Origin: Eledone cirrhosa
Taxonomy: Eukaryota
Length of the DNA: 64,000 nt
Direction: 5' to 3'
Assembly: GCA_964016885.1 (NCBI GenBank)
Contig: OZ024740.1
Coordinates: 138,570,001 to 138,634,000, forward strand
In this document: one piece after another, positions 1-15,767 of the stretch
How the letters are laid out: each line of letters opens with the position of its first letter
Position numbering within the stretch: position 1 is the stretch's first letter
Notes under the pieces: model-generated
What the model was told of the DNA's origin: nothing
What the model saw: the letters and a program-made list of their open reading frames with translations, nothing else
The model's database searches: none
Made by a program: the position numbers and the translations under genes

Positions 1-471
1 ACTCTAGAACTAGAACCTACATCCACTGTACAAATAACCGATAAATGCGAATAAAGTAACGGCGTCCAACTAATGTACAAGGAAATCAAAAGACCATTAA
101 AACGAGATATATATTTACGATGAACATGATGTCAAACTAAAACAAATTAAAGTAAACCCGAAAAACGTGAAAATAAATGAAGGAAACACGTATAAGAAAT
201 CTATTAAAATCCGTACAACACAAAAATCAAAACAAAACAAACAAAAAACGAAAAAACAAAAAAAAAAAAATTAACTGAAAGATATAAAACTCGACATCCA
301 AATTAGATAAGCTAAATTAAGTTATTGAATTGTGTCTTTCGTTTATGTTTCAATTTCACTTTTTAAAGTTACATTTCTTCAGTTTCCCCGTAGCTTAAAA
401 AATATTTTTGTAATATAGATGTTTCTATCAATAACACGAAAAAAAAAAAAAATTACAACCCACAGTTACTA

Positions 472-620
472 TCTGGGGCAGTTCAGGTTTGAAGGGTCTA
501 GGGAAGTTCAGGTATGGGTTGCCCGAGGCAGTTCAGGTCTGGGGTGCCCGAGGCAGCCAGGTTTGGGGTGCCGAGGCAGTTCAGGTTTGGTGTTCCAGGG
601 CTTTTTCTGGAGGGAGCATT
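472..620. repeat. Degenerate GC-rich minisatellite (about 21-24 bp unit, GGGTGCCCGAGGCAGTTCAGGTTT)
   Basis: About six imperfect head-to-tail units with no unique spacers. Confidence 0.7.
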
Positions 621-1660
621 TTTTGACAAGGAGTGCCCAGGGCATTCACTCTTTCTACCCCCGACCCTGGTTACTACAACGTCTTTTAATGTCAAAAGCA
701 AGTTAGCTTTAAGGACATCAGAAACAAATGAGCAACAATCTTTCTTTGCTTATAACCAATTTTATGTAGGATGCTCAAGATTTGGAAGCTAACCTAAATG
801 TTATTCCTACTACTATAATCAAAAACATCATAGGACGCTATCATAAGTGTTCAATATCTCTAAGGCTATGGTAGTTACAGATCCAATGCCACAGAGCTGG
901 GATTCATCGCATTTGTTAATGTCATTGCCTTATTGATTCAAATATAACCCCAGGCCAGTTCCAATATTAGAATATATGGTTTATCTCTGAGCACTCCAGT
1001 TTCAAAAGGTTTCATGACTGATTTTCCCCATTTTTGATCTACTTTCCGACACTCAGGTTTCTTACAAAATTTTAAAGTTCTTTCAAGAAAAAATATTATA
1101 TTCAATAATAGCTTTAATCAATCAAAACTGTTTTTACTTTCAGTTAATCCTGTGTTCTTATATAATACGCATTCATACTGAATTAGTTATATGGAATTTG
1201 CACAAAAAGTAATGAGATATATTATTTATATTGAGTGTGTATCTCTGAGACACCAGATAGAATTCTATGAATGTTTTGAAAAAAGTAATTTTTTGTATTA
1301 TTGCGAAATTTCAAATTGCTAAACTCCAAGTGTTCTATTAAACCAAACAACTGTTCTTTAAAAACAATTCTGGTACATTTATAGCTACTTTTCAACCTAA
1401 ACTCCAAACATGAGGTTTTCAAGGGCTGTTTACATCTTAATAAATTCATGTTCGCCTCATGGAAACATCAACCGCCAGACATATAGTCTCCACAGATAGA
1501 CGTACTAAATCCACCTTCTTCTTAACATCAATCTTTCGATTGCCTCATGTTACGTTTATTAGTAACCTGACATACTCATAAACAATAGGACATATACACA
1601 CATTTATCCACACAACATTTAACTAATCCAAATTATATCCACTCTCTTATCGGATGCACA

Positions 1661-1697
<37 letters not shown>

Positions 1698-2385
1698 ATG
1701 AATGAATTTGTATGTATATACGCATGTATGTATGTATGTATGTGTGTATGTATGAATTTATGTACGCATGTATGTGTATGCATGCATGTATGCTTGTATG
1801 TATGTTTGTATGTATGTATATATGTCGCATGTATGTACGTATGTATGTATGTATGTAAGCGTTGATCACACAAACAAAATCAAGCACCAGAACCAGCCCC
1901 TCAATCCAGTACACACATACACATACACGAACACACACACACACATATATATACATAAGTGTATATCTAAACAAAAACAGCAATACCATCAAGCAAATAG
2001 GTACATATATTTAATAAAGTTTCAGAACGAATGAATGGTTTTCTTATGTTGGAGCTAATATATTATACAATGAACGCCAGTTGCAGGAATTATAAGGAAT
2101 ACGTGGTAGGAATAAGAAGACTTGCGTGGTAATGTTAGATCTGCTAGCACAGAACAAGGCTTTTCCTTACACACATACACGTGTGCTTGCACGTACACTC
2201 ACACGCGCACACACACATGCACAGGCTTTAATATATCTACTGTATAGTACATATATGTTTATACACACACACATACACAAACACACACATTTATATATAA
2301 GGGGATCGGGATGTGACCGCAGTTAAAGAAGATACTTTTATAGAAATGACTTTCACGAGACTAGAACTGTTTCAATCGTAATAAT

Positions 2386-2705
2386 GGTTTCTTATATAGG
2401 CACAATGCCAGAAATTTTTGGGGAGGGGAAAGTCGATTAGATCGACCCCAGTGCGTTACTGGTACTTTATTTTATCGACCCCGTAAGGATGAAAGGCAAA
2501 GTTAACCTCGGCGGAATTTGAACTCAGATCATAAAGGGCCGTGACTTTAAGCTGCAAAGCATGGTGGCCAACTCTCTACCGATACTGCTAATCCATCGCC
2601 CTTGTTTCAATCGTAATAATTGTTTCTACTTTAGGCACATGGCCAGCAATTACCCAGTACATTCCTGGTACTTTATTTTATCGACCCGTAAGGATGAAAG
2701 GCAAA
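2386..2705 (-). mobile_element. Two tRNA-derived SINE copies (Deu/Nin-like core)
   Basis: Reverse complement of GAGTTCAAATTCCGCCGAGGTTAACTTTGCCTTTCATCCTTACGGGGTCGATAAAATAAAGTACC. The first copy is flanked by the direct repeat TGTTTCAATCGTAATAAT (about 2368 and 2603), a likely target-site duplication. Confidence 0.8.
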
Positions 2706-2828
2706 CAATTCTAGACGATATTTACCTCAATCTCTCTCTCTCTCTGTCTCCATACACACACACACACACACACATATATATATGTATACATACATACATA
2801 CATACATACATACATACATACATACATA

Positions 2829-3115
2829 CATGATGGCTGCCAACTCGTTTTCGAGTACGGCCACTACTTTATATCCATGTAGGAGAACCCCTACTGCTGC
2901 GCTGAACGAGTGTGACTTTTTAGTCCAGCCAGCGACTTGAAAACTCTGGTACAAACACTACACTTGTGACAATTATTGACACATAGTGCTGGGCCATGGT
3001 ACCATGTGACGACAAGTGCAGAGAGATCTCCAGATATAAAGCAATGCCTGTGCTGTGAAGTTTTTATAGTGAGCAAAGGCACTGCACAAAGCCAGTCGCA
3101 CTCTCTTAACCAATG
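2829..3115 (-). mobile_element. RTE-clade LINE-derived 3' end with C2H2 finger and (TATG)n tail
   Basis: CHKCSVCTRVFKSLAGLKSHTRS followed by a short UTR ending GCAGCCATCA and a tandem tail. A related internally deleted copy lies at about 59715-60050. Confidence 0.6.
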
Positions 3116-3576
3116 TATCTATGTCATACATACATACATACATACATACATATTTTATGATGCTAGCAATGGTAATATGTTTATATTTCCTTGACAAGGT
3201 CGACAGCGTTATATTGGTAACGATGACGTCAGTTACGATGATGAGAGAGAAGAAGATGATGCTGCTGCTGATGATGTCGACAATGAGGATGACGAGAATT
3301 AGGAGATTGACCAGCTATGAATCTTCACTATCCTCACCGCCCTTGGCCTCACTGTCTTCCAGTAACACTACCCATGTCTGGAAAGATCAATTTCACGTCA
3401 ATTACTGTTAATTACTGATAGCTTGTGCGTGTATATAGGATAGCTTGTGTGTTGTGTGTGTGTGTGCGTGTTTGTATGTATGGGATTGTTATAATGTTTG
3501 TGTGTGTACGTTCATATATGTGTGTGAATACATTCATCTGTGTAAATTCCTAGGAATATAATCTCTATGTGTATGC

Positions 3577-3749
<173 letters not shown>

Positions 3750-3753
3750 TATG

Positions 3754-3811
<58 letters not shown>

Positions 3812-4039
3812 AAATGTATATATGTATATATACTGATATATTAGACACACGCACACACACCACAACCATCACACACACACACACACATATATATACATAC
3901 ATATGTGTGAAAGTGTATATGTAAGAAGTAAAGTCAGTGTGTTTATATGTCTGTATGTGTCTGTATGCCTATCTTTCCTTTCTTTCACTTTATTACTTTA
4001 TATATTGGTTATATTCCTTCACTATTTCTTCTTCTTCTT

Positions 4040-4570
4040 AGCGGCATAGAGTTACGGCACTTTACGTTCTGATCCCGCCGAGGTTAGGTTTGTCTTTCAT
4101 CCTTATAGGGTCGATAAAATAAAGTGCCAGTCATGCACTAGGGTCGATTTGATCGACTTTCCCCACCCCCAAAATTGCTGGCCTTGTGCCTAAGTCAGAA
4201 ACCATTATTATTATTTTTATTCAAATCCCGCCGAGGTTAGCTTTGCCTTTCATCCTTACGGGGTCGATAAAATAAAGTACCAGTAATGCACTAGGTATTT
4301 GCTGGCCTTGTGCCAAAAAGTAGAAACAATTATTAAAGTATTAAGGGCAGTGGATAGGCAGTATCAGTAGAGCGTTGGTCACGATACTTTGCAGCTTGGA
4401 GTTACGACGCTTTATATTCTGAGTTCAAATCCCGAAAGGTTAGCTCTGTCTTTTATCCTTACGGGGTCAATAGAATAAAGTATTAGTAACGCACTGGGGA
4501 CGATTTAATCGATCGACCCCCCCCCCCCGAAATTGTTGGCCTTGTGCCTAAACCAGAAACCATTATTAAC
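4040..4570 (+). mobile_element. Cluster of three copies of the same tRNA-derived SINE
   Basis: Repeated TTTCATCCTTACGGGGTCGATAAAATAAAGTACCAG...GGCCTTGTGCC...GAAACCATTATT. Further copies at about 16397-16550(+), 18430-18840(-), 20515-20740(+), 27263-27340(+), 27757-27900(+), 34280-34420(-). Confidence 0.8.
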
Positions 4571-6260
4571 ATTTTTCTTTGTATAATTTCAAAACACGAG
4601 AAACTGTTTTCTGACAACAATATTAATATTTCATTAGAAATGACAAACAGCAGGACAAAATATATATAAATATTTAATTTCTCTTGGCCTTACGTCCGAA
4701 AGGCGGTGAAATGGCAGAGTCGAAAGGCCGTTGGATTAAATGCATCGATGTTTGTTCTGGCACTTTGCAATTTGAATTCAAAACCCACCTCGTTCAGCTA
4801 GGCTGGTGTGAGCGTTGGTATCTTTTTTTCATTCTTTCACTTGGCGTTGTTTGTATCAAGAAGTTTGTTGCGTTTTGTATTTTTTGTATTGAAAAAATCG
4901 TGACGTATGTTTCGAATGTTCATAGTTCCTTGTTTTCGTACGTGAATATGTTGTTTGAACATATTGAACATATATATTTTGTGGGAATTAATCACATGTA
5001 GTACGTAACATAAGCACCACTTTCACTTACTGATATAATTATATTTTGTTTATATTAAAACGTTTGTTCTGCTCTATTTTGTTTGTCCCATATGCAAAGC
5101 TGGAAATAGTCTCAGGCTAGAGGCAAAATATAAGCTCAATTTCAAACTGCTCATTTTAGTAATCAGTTCTAAATACATATAGTTTTTGTACAGAATACGG
5201 ACATGTTCCCAAATAGACTAACCAAATACACACCTGCTTTCTTTCCTCACCAATTCTTCCGTTTCTTCTTCTTTTCACTCTCGTCTATCTTTTTATTTCT
5301 TCTTTTACTTCTCATTTTATTTTCTGATGAAAGATTAACGTCCAAAACCTCAAGACTCATTTCCTACTACATCAAGCATTAAACTTATATCATCATTGTA
5401 CTGTATCGGTTCCCATGTTGTTTATCCGTTTACGTTTCGCATACATATATACATGCATATTTAGTGTATATTAAAAGAACTAGAATTTGAGCCGTGTAAG
5501 TCCTCTCAAAATCTTTGGCTCGTGCCAATTGGCCTACCTGACTCAACTCTGATCTGTCCAATCCACATACCCACCTCATTTACACACAACATGTAAATAA
5601 ATTAAGCTGTATATTTTACTATTACACACTTATGGTATGTTCATCGTGGTTATTATAGACACAACATTTCGATCGTTGTAACCTACTACCTTTTCAGTTG
5701 ACTGTCGTATTTGGTAGGGTTCTCAGAATTTCGAAATGAAACATTGCAACAGTAACCAGATAAGGACACTATTCCCAAAATAACAGTATATAATAATGTC
5801 AGCTCCTCATTTAAACAATCCAACGTATATTTTCTGTGTAATACTAGCATGTAATACTTAAAATAAGTATCAGCTGTACATATTGGGTCCTTATAACTAA
5901 CTTCACTTTGGAGATATCAGATTTATTTCACATTTTATTTTGAAATAAATTTCGACATCCACGCTGTTTTCAATTCCGGGCCATAGTTTTTATTTCTGTT
6001 TTCGTTTCCCGTAGCAGACTAGATATATAAATCTTGGTTATTTGCAACAGAATGTACACGATTGATTTGTTTTTCTTGTAGGACTACTGCATGTATTTTA
6101 CAATAGTATGTATCCGCGTGTGTGTGAAAGAGAGAGAAGAAGAGATAGAGAGTGGGAGAGAGAAATGGAGATAATTTTATAGAGACGTGCATTAGTGGCT
6201 ATCGATTGTATAACATTCTTTATTGCTTCTTATTGTAAATTTCCTATGTGTCTTTTATCT

Positions 6261-6320
<60 letters not shown>

Positions 6321-7223
6321 AATACAGTGAGAGAGAGAGAGAGAGAGAGATGTTTTATTATTATCGCTGTTATTGCAACTTACATTAATAGTGAATCCTA
6401 AAGAAGGTCTTTCAACTAGTTCAACGACAAATACACTACACCTACAAACTCACAGAATCAATACAACATAGGAGAAAATAAGTCGCCATATTTGTTCCGG
6501 CACATTGCTTTCTGAGTTCAAATTCTGTTGTGGCTTACTTGAATGTTAGGCCAAATCCGTTGCGTGGTTTAATGCAACTACGTGTTTCTTGAGCGACTCT
6601 AGCAGATCTCATTCTGCTGTGGTCTTCAGTTTGAACATACTTTCCTCCATACATCCATCCTACCAGCTACCTACACCCTGTCCACTAAGGACTGACAGCC
6701 ACAGCACCCCCCCCCCCGTCTCTTTTATTGCACCTCAACTCTTACAATCCACACTACACACTTCATCCAATCCTGTCTCTCTAAGAAAAGCGTACAGACC
6801 CACAGATATTTTGGCTGACTGAACATAAACCACACTAGTCAGTAGTCGCAAGGGTCATCCGCATTTGCACATCTTACAAAACGGCTGAATAATCAAGAGG
6901 TTAACTTCTCAATCCTGATGCCCCTGGTTGGATTTCACTGCATGGAATCCCGGGAAAGTGTTTATTTTATATTAGCATCGGGTCAACCCAAGCTTTGTGA
7001 GTGAGTAAGATAGAAACTATATAGAAGCTCGTCGGATAGATTTTACCTGTAATGTCAAGGTCCAGCTATGTTTTGTGCCACGCTGATTTGGTTTGAGAAT
7101 TACATTATGAGTGCACGTTTCTGTGGATTACCCAGTCACTTAAACGTTAACTGAACGAGTACAATGTTAATCGAACCACTAAATGTTCATCATCGAAACG
7201 GACAGAGGATATATGAGCGTTTA

Positions 7224-7289
<66 letters not shown>

Positions 7290-7292
<3 letters not shown>

Positions 7293-7695
7293 GAATGTAT
7301 GTATAGTATATTTGGCAATATACCGTACGTTTAATTAAAAACATTTAGAAGACCATTCGCTATCAGTTTTAAAGTAGTGACAATGTCACTTATTTATTTT
7401 CGGAAAAGGCTGGGAGGGAGGCTGACAGCTGTTTCTCACTGGTTGACGTTTATCAAAGCCACGCACCCACCTGCCTTTGCCGAAAATTATAGAAGCAGGT
7501 GAAAATTAAAGGCAGGTGGGTGCGTGGTTTTGATAAACGACAACCAGCGAGAAACAGCTGTCAGCCTCCCTCCCAGCCTTTTCCGAAAATAAGTAACTGA
7601 CATTGTCACTACTTTAAACTGATAGCGAATGGTCTTCTAAATGTTTTTAATTAAACATACGGTATATTCCCAAACATACTATACATACATTCATA
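7290..7695. mobile_element. Fold-back PLE-type 3' end (arms about 190 bp, spacer about 30 bp) in (TA)n, with HHR-like motifs at 7420-7460(-) and 7526-7566(+)
   Basis: Arms are reverse complements with scattered mismatches. Motif GGCT-TTGATAA-weak stem II-GAAA-CAGCTG-TC-AGCC. Confidence 0.75.
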
Positions 7696-7820
7696 TATAT
7701 ATATATATATCCAGTTCTAGTCCTGTAGAAGCCATTTCTATATTATATATATATATATTTCGTTTCTGAAAGCAATTGCTGCGTGTGTTTCTTATTGGCA
7801 ACATGAGCCTCCCAAAGTAT

Positions 7821-7872
<52 letters not shown>

Positions 7873-8244
7873 GTATATACGTATATGTGTATGAGAATCA
7901 ATCAGGAAAAAAAAACAGTTACATAATAGATTGGGAATACACGAAAAAGATGGTTACTATAGCGATTTCACGTATGCGCATTTCAGACACAAAGGACAGT
8001 TAAGGAAGAGCGCATCATCGTTTGTTTTTGTTTTGAACCGTTTCTGCTTCACATTTGAAAAAATGGTAATAGCCCTGAAACATTATGTTGAAATATACTG
8101 AGTCAAACATTACTGTATTTTGTTTTATTTGACATCCTTTGCCCTTTTTATATTTCTACTCTGCATTGTACCGGCTTTTTGAAATTTATCAGTCATTTAT
8201 TACAAATCTCACAATGCTCCGTATTATCTATCCTTATCTTTCTC

Positions 8245-8379
<135 letters not shown>

Positions 8380-9606
8380 CAGTACAGTACAATTTATAAT
8401 ATCTCTTGTGTTGGAGGTTGGCTAAAATTTTATTAAAATAGTTCTGTTTTTGTTTTTATTTTGTTTTATAACTTTATACACCAGATCATCACACCGCCAC
8501 AGATTCTCTGTGGACGACGTTGATATCTACGCCGCTTCTTAAACATCTCTAGCGTTTTTGCTTTTATTGTTTTTAAATTCGTGAACTTTTATGTTTCAGT
8601 GAAAGATATATTTCTGTCTATGGACATAGCCTAGCCGGAAAGGTTAGGAAGTTCGGTTCACAATAATGAGGTTTCCCGTTCGGCCCCATCATGTACATCC
8701 TTAGCAAGTATCTTTTATCATAGCCTCGAATCGACTCAAGCCTTAAGAGTAAAATTGAGTAGACTGAAACTATTTGGAGGCTGAAAGGATAGACTTAACT
8801 TGTAATTCAAAAGCCAGCTTTGTCATATTCTGTGTTAAGATGAATCTGTATGATATCTCAGTTAAGCATACAGGTGTCTGTGAAATACTCAGTGATTTAC
8901 GAGTAAGCCTTCCCGTTCATCGACGTATTAGAACACTCATCGCCGAAACTGTCAGAGGCCCATTTACCTTACGATATTTTTGTTTAAAGTACATAGCACA
9001 CCACTTGTTATGTATGATTTCTTCTTTTGGTCATCTTGTCTCTGATATTAATAAATACGACTTTATTGATTTACCTCCCTGGGGACCTCGTCCACGGCTT
9101 CGGCTATAATTATTTTGCTTCTAACAATTTATATATCCCCTTTCTTATTTTCTGTTTTTGCCGTCTCCGTGATTTGGCTATTTAAATTTGTCTAATTTAG
9201 TTGTCTTGTTGCTTTGTGCCATAGTTAGGTCTCCTAGTACACTGTGACGCCTCTGTCCAACACACACACATATTGAATTGGATTAGTAACTCGATTCTCA
9301 CACACGCCGATGCCCATTTTTGCAATAATTCAACACTTGAAAACCCAACTTAGTAACCTACAGCATTCATAATATTCATCATATACTGAACTCAGTAGAC
9401 CTTATGTGGTAAGTCCCTAAATACGTTGGGTCTGTCCCAATGTGTACCGGAATGAATGGTATCAAGATAAGTATACAGAAATCGTAGTGATTTCCAGAGC
9501 TTGACTGAGGAGATGGGACTATCCATCTTTCCATTGTCTTTGTCCTGTGCACCTCCTATTTTGCATCCATATTCTAAGACTTCATCATGCGTGCTTTTTT
9601 GGAAAC

Positions 9607-9642
<36 letters not shown>

Positions 9643-9679
9643 AAAGAATAGAGGTATAACACACAAGTTATTATATATT

Positions 9680-10067
9680 GGTAAACGGAATAGAAAATGC
9701 TGACAAATTGTTCACAGTTGAAAAATAGTTTAATTAGGAATAAAAGAGTATTAGTGATTGTATGGGTTAGTATTCAGTTGTGGTTTTAAGTTTTTAAGTT
9801 TTTACCGGTTGCGCATTTCTAAATGCTTTTCAAAAATAATTTTGAGATAGAGTGTCCGTGCTGTTTGCTCTGATCAGAGCAAACAGCACGGACACTCTAT
9901 CTCAAAATTATTTTTGAAAAGCATTTAGAAATGCGCAACCGGTAAAAACTTAAAAACTTAAAACCACAACTGAATACTAACCCATACAATCACTAATACT
10001 CTTTTATTCCTAATTAAACCATTTTTCAACTGTGAACAATTTGTCAGCATTTTCTATTCCGTTTACC
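9680..10067. repeat. Near-perfect spacerless palindrome (arms about 194 bp, centre TGA|TCA at 9873/9874) with decayed HHR at 9911-9947(+) and 9800-9836(-)
   Basis: Direct mirror comparison. Motif TTT-TTGAAAA-GCATTT AG AAATGC-GCAA(for GAAA)-CCGG-TA-AAA. Confidence 0.9.
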
Positions 10068-10084
10068 GATATATATATATATAT

Positions 10085-10424
<340 letters not shown>

Positions 10425-10671
10425 ACAATATATAATACAGAGACAAGATGACCATATATATATATATATATGTATATATATATGAGTAATTATAGTAAAG
10501 GAGTCCACTTTTATTTTGGTAAGGAATGAAAAGGTCAATGCGCACGTCAACGAAAGTAGGAATTCAAGTCCATCTGTATAGAGACAATTGTAGAGATTAA
10601 AGATGGATTTCCTTTAAAAACCTTACTTTCTTTGACCAACCCCCAGCACAAGTGATATTAAAAATGTTACT

Positions 10672-11810
<1,139 letters not shown>

Positions 11811-11811
11811 T

Positions 11812-12162
11812 TACGTATACGTACATACATATATGTATACAGACGTACAGTAGTATGTATATATATATACATACATGCACACATATATATATGCACGTAT
11901 GGATGTGTTGAACAAACGAGCAACTGTGGTTGCTAGACACTACGGCTTAATACGGGATGTTTGTTTACAAATACACCAAGCATTATAATAAATGTTTGGT
12001 GAATCCATACGTACATATATATATGTGTGTATGTATGTATATATATATATACATACTACTGTACGTCTGTAGACATATATGTATGTACGTAGACATACTT
12101 ATATTTAAGTAACAGCCGTACCAAGAGTGGGAAATGAAATTTCGTTTAATTTTTTCTGTTTA
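11812..12162 (+). mobile_element. Fold-back PLE-type 3' end, same family as 50400-50915 and 51950-52352, truncated just downstream of the HHR
   Basis: Shared GTGTTGAACAAA...GCATTATAATAAATG...GAAATGAAATTTCGTTT. Inverted arm about 90 bp. Confidence 0.75.
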
Positions 12163-12497
12163 TATATATATATATAATTGTGAACGAAGATCGTTGATAT
12201 TATGTCGACGGTCCCCGGCCAACATCTAGTTCACTCAATGAATCTGTCAATTTGCAGTAATGCAACTGCAACCAGCAGTTCAAATTGCACACATTTTAGT
12301 TAATAGCAGGTACGGTAGCTGTGCTTTGATATATATATATATATACACACACACATATATATATATATATAAGTTTGTTCCGGGTTCAATCGAGGGTAAC
12401 CACAGTAAGTAAGGTACATAGCAGAGTATAAATATTTAATATAGAAATGGCTTCTACATGATTTCTCATTTTCCTGATAATATATATAATAATATAT

Positions 12498-12592
<95 letters not shown>

Positions 12593-12688
12593 TATATAAA
12601 TATATATATATATAATATATATATATCATATATATATATATATATATAATATATATATATATATAATATATATATATATATAATATAT

Positions 12689-12816
<128 letters not shown>

Positions 12817-12818
12817 AT

Positions 12819-12850
<32 letters not shown>

Positions 12851-12873
12851 ATATATATATATAATATATATAT

Positions 12874-12935
<62 letters not shown>

Positions 12936-12958
12936 ATATATATATATATATATATAAT

Positions 12959-13032
<74 letters not shown>

Positions 13033-13195
13033 ATATATATATATATATGATATATATATATGATATATATAATATATATATATATATATCATATATATAT
13101 ATATATATATATCATATATATATATATATATATAATATATATATATATATATAATATATATATATATATGATATATATATATATATATATATATG

Positions 13196-13226
<31 letters not shown>

Positions 13227-13235
13227 GATTATATG

Positions 13236-13266
<31 letters not shown>

Positions 13267-13281
13267 GATATATATATATAT

Positions 13282-13342
<61 letters not shown>

Positions 13343-13349
13343 ATATATA

Positions 13350-13550
13350 ACAAAGTGGGTGTGGTAATATACCAGGTGGACCATAATGCACCAGAGTACT
13401 CAATACTTAGGGTAGTAGAGTGGGAAATATGGAAAACTATGACCCCGACGGATGAGCTCCGGGCGTTTCGACAGCTAGACCCGAACAGTTCTGAACTAGC
13501 TGTCGAAACAGTCGGAGCTCAGCCGTCGGGGTCCTGACTCTTTTCCTATA
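13350..13550 (-). mobile_element. Fold-back 3' end of the Hydra-type PLE family (HHR 3' half inverted)
   Basis: Homologous to 31650-31780. Arms meet in the stem II loop of the ribozyme. (TA)n on both sides. Confidence 0.75.
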
Positions 13551-13551
13551 T

Positions 13552-13589
<38 letters not shown>

Positions 13590-14406
13590 GTGTATGGGTA
13601 AATGTAATGACCATGATATCCAAAGTTAGGGCCAGATACAGGATTTGTCAAACACCGATCTTCACGCTCCGAACCAGCTCCAGAGTATTATATCGATACA
13701 GTAATCAATATTCTCGTAGAGAGTTCACGTGATAAAACATTTAAAATTAATCAAATACACGCAAAAAAAGAAGACACAAAGAAAACAAGAGAAAAATGTA
13801 TGATATTTATTATTATTAATATTATTATTAATATTATTATATTTTTTTTTTACTTCTTTACCGAATTAAAAAAATAAATAAATAGATAATATTTTTTAAG
13901 GATTACAAATGGTGGTGGTGGTGGCGGCGGCGGGGAGAAGAAGAGGAGTTGCATTCAATTGAAAATAGTTCAAAGAATTATCAAAGTGTGTTACTCTGTA
14001 TGCGTTTGTTTGAGTGTATGTATGTGTGCGCCTGAAGGGGAAGGGGAGTGTTACAAAGTTATGATGGGTGAGAAAGAGTGATAGATACATAGAGGGGAAA
14101 GAGAGGAAGGAAAGAAAGAAAGAAGGACGAGGAGAAAGAGAAAAAAAAGAGATAGTGTGTGTGTGTGAGTGTGTGTGTGTGTGAGTGTGTGTGAGAGAGA
14201 GATGAGTGAGGGAGAAATAAATAAAAAGAGAATGTCATGGTGGTTTATTAATAGCATAAAATAAAAACAAGTTGCAGGAATAGGACACCTATGTCAGCTT
14301 TTGTAATGTGTTTGTGTGTAAATAAAATGTAGAATTTAGGGAAAGATAACTGCCATATCACAAAATGAACTATATTAGATAATCTGAATATATATACATA
14401 TATATA

Positions 14407-14463
<57 letters not shown>

Positions 14464-14616
14464 AAAATCTACTGTAAAACTCATTCTTTGACATAATCAT
14501 TGAATGTTGTTTAACAATTTTATATTAATAGATAGATATATTCAATCCTCACACGCTTCCATGTGTGTTTGTGTGTGCATTAGTGTGTGCATTTCTATTC
14601 ATATATATTTCTAATC

Positions 14617-14674
<58 letters not shown>

Positions 14675-14861
14675 AATACATGTCAACTTTCTATGTTGAA
14701 AAGCTGAAATTCTCTCTATACGTTATTTTCTTTGGTGTTTAAATATAATATCGACGATATTCTCTGACGTTTTTTTTGCTTTTTTGAAATATTTTTATGA
14801 GCACATCAGTCAGTGAGTCTCTCTCTCTCTCTCTCACTCTCTCTCTCACTCTCTCTCTCTT

Positions 14862-14921
<60 letters not shown>

Positions 14922-15059
14922 TAGATAGATAGATATGTATATATATATACGCACACACACATACACACATACACACACGCACACACATATATATATAAAT
15001 ACATATGCGTATGTATGTATATTTATATATATAAATATATACACAAACATACACACAAA

Positions 15060-15548
15060 TATATATTTTGTTTCTGTATTTACTTTTCAAGATGTTTTAT
15101 CTGAAAGCGTGTGTGAAACATATTGTTATACTTTGGGTGGATCATGCTGCCCATGAAAATACTCGGATCTGCTAGGTTTCATGTCAATTTATTATTATAA
15201 TTTCCCAGTCGGTTAGTTTAATAACCGAGTGGTTCTTTGGTTGTTGATTGACATCAAATTTCTTTCGTCACACATTCTGTGACATCTACAGTGACTACTT
15301 TTGTTGTTATTTTGTGTCTCTCCTGTGTTCTGCCCTACACCATAGTAGTGAACAATTGGGTAGACAAAATAACAAGAAAAGTAGTCACTGAGGAGGTCAC
15401 AGAATGTGAGTCGAAAGAAATTTCATGAGAATCAACAACTAAACAACCATGCGGTTATAAAACTAATCAACAGAGAATTTGTAATAATAAACTGTGAAAT
15501 CCACATGCGTATGTTTTCATTGGCAGCATGACCCTCCCAAAGTATAAC
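15060..15548. mobile_element. Diverged inverted pair of Naiad-related pseudo-LTR ends with decayed HHRs
   Basis: Both arms end ATGACCCTCCCAAAGTATAACA-like. HHR-like GTCA-CTGAGGA-GGTCAC...GAAAG at about 15384-15430(+) and a mirror at about 15250-15295(-). Confidence 0.7.
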
Positions 15549-15597
15549 ACACACACATACATATACATACATATATATATATATATATATATGTATA

Positions 15598-15736
15598 TAG
15601 GAAATGTTCAAGACCCCGACGGCAGAGCTCTGCCGTCGGGGTCTTGAACATTTTCCTATTACCCACTCTACTAACCTAACTATTGAGTACTCTGGTGCGT
15701 TATGATCCACCTGGTTCCTTACCACACTTCCTTCGT

Positions 15737-15740
<4 letters not shown>
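15598..15740 (+). mobile_element. Hydra-type PLE 3' end folded back at the stem III palindrome GAGCTC
   Basis: AATGTTCAAGACCCCGACGGCAGAG|CTCTGCCGTCGGGGTCTTGAACATT is a perfect palindrome, followed by the family 3' terminus and (TA)n. Confidence 0.8.

Positions 15741-15767
<27 letters not shown>

Noticed and set aside
472-620. CRISPR-like look of regularly spaced repeats (also 39112-39740)
   Set aside because: Units are contiguous and degenerate with no unique spacers, there are no cas genes, and the context is eukaryotic.
1130-1450. Possible very decayed GIY-YIG fragment on minus (IIYLITFC...YYI..TGLT)
   Set aside because: It requires several frameshifts and stops; too weak without a profile search.
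2891-3082. C2H2 zinc finger as a host ZNF gene
   Set aside because: It is a single finger directly followed by an RTE-like 3' end and tandem tail, so it is better explained as a LINE remnant.
8052-8095. TTGAAAA...GAAACATTATGTT hammerhead-like string
   Set aside because: There is no convincing stem I and stem II is weak, so I did not count it.
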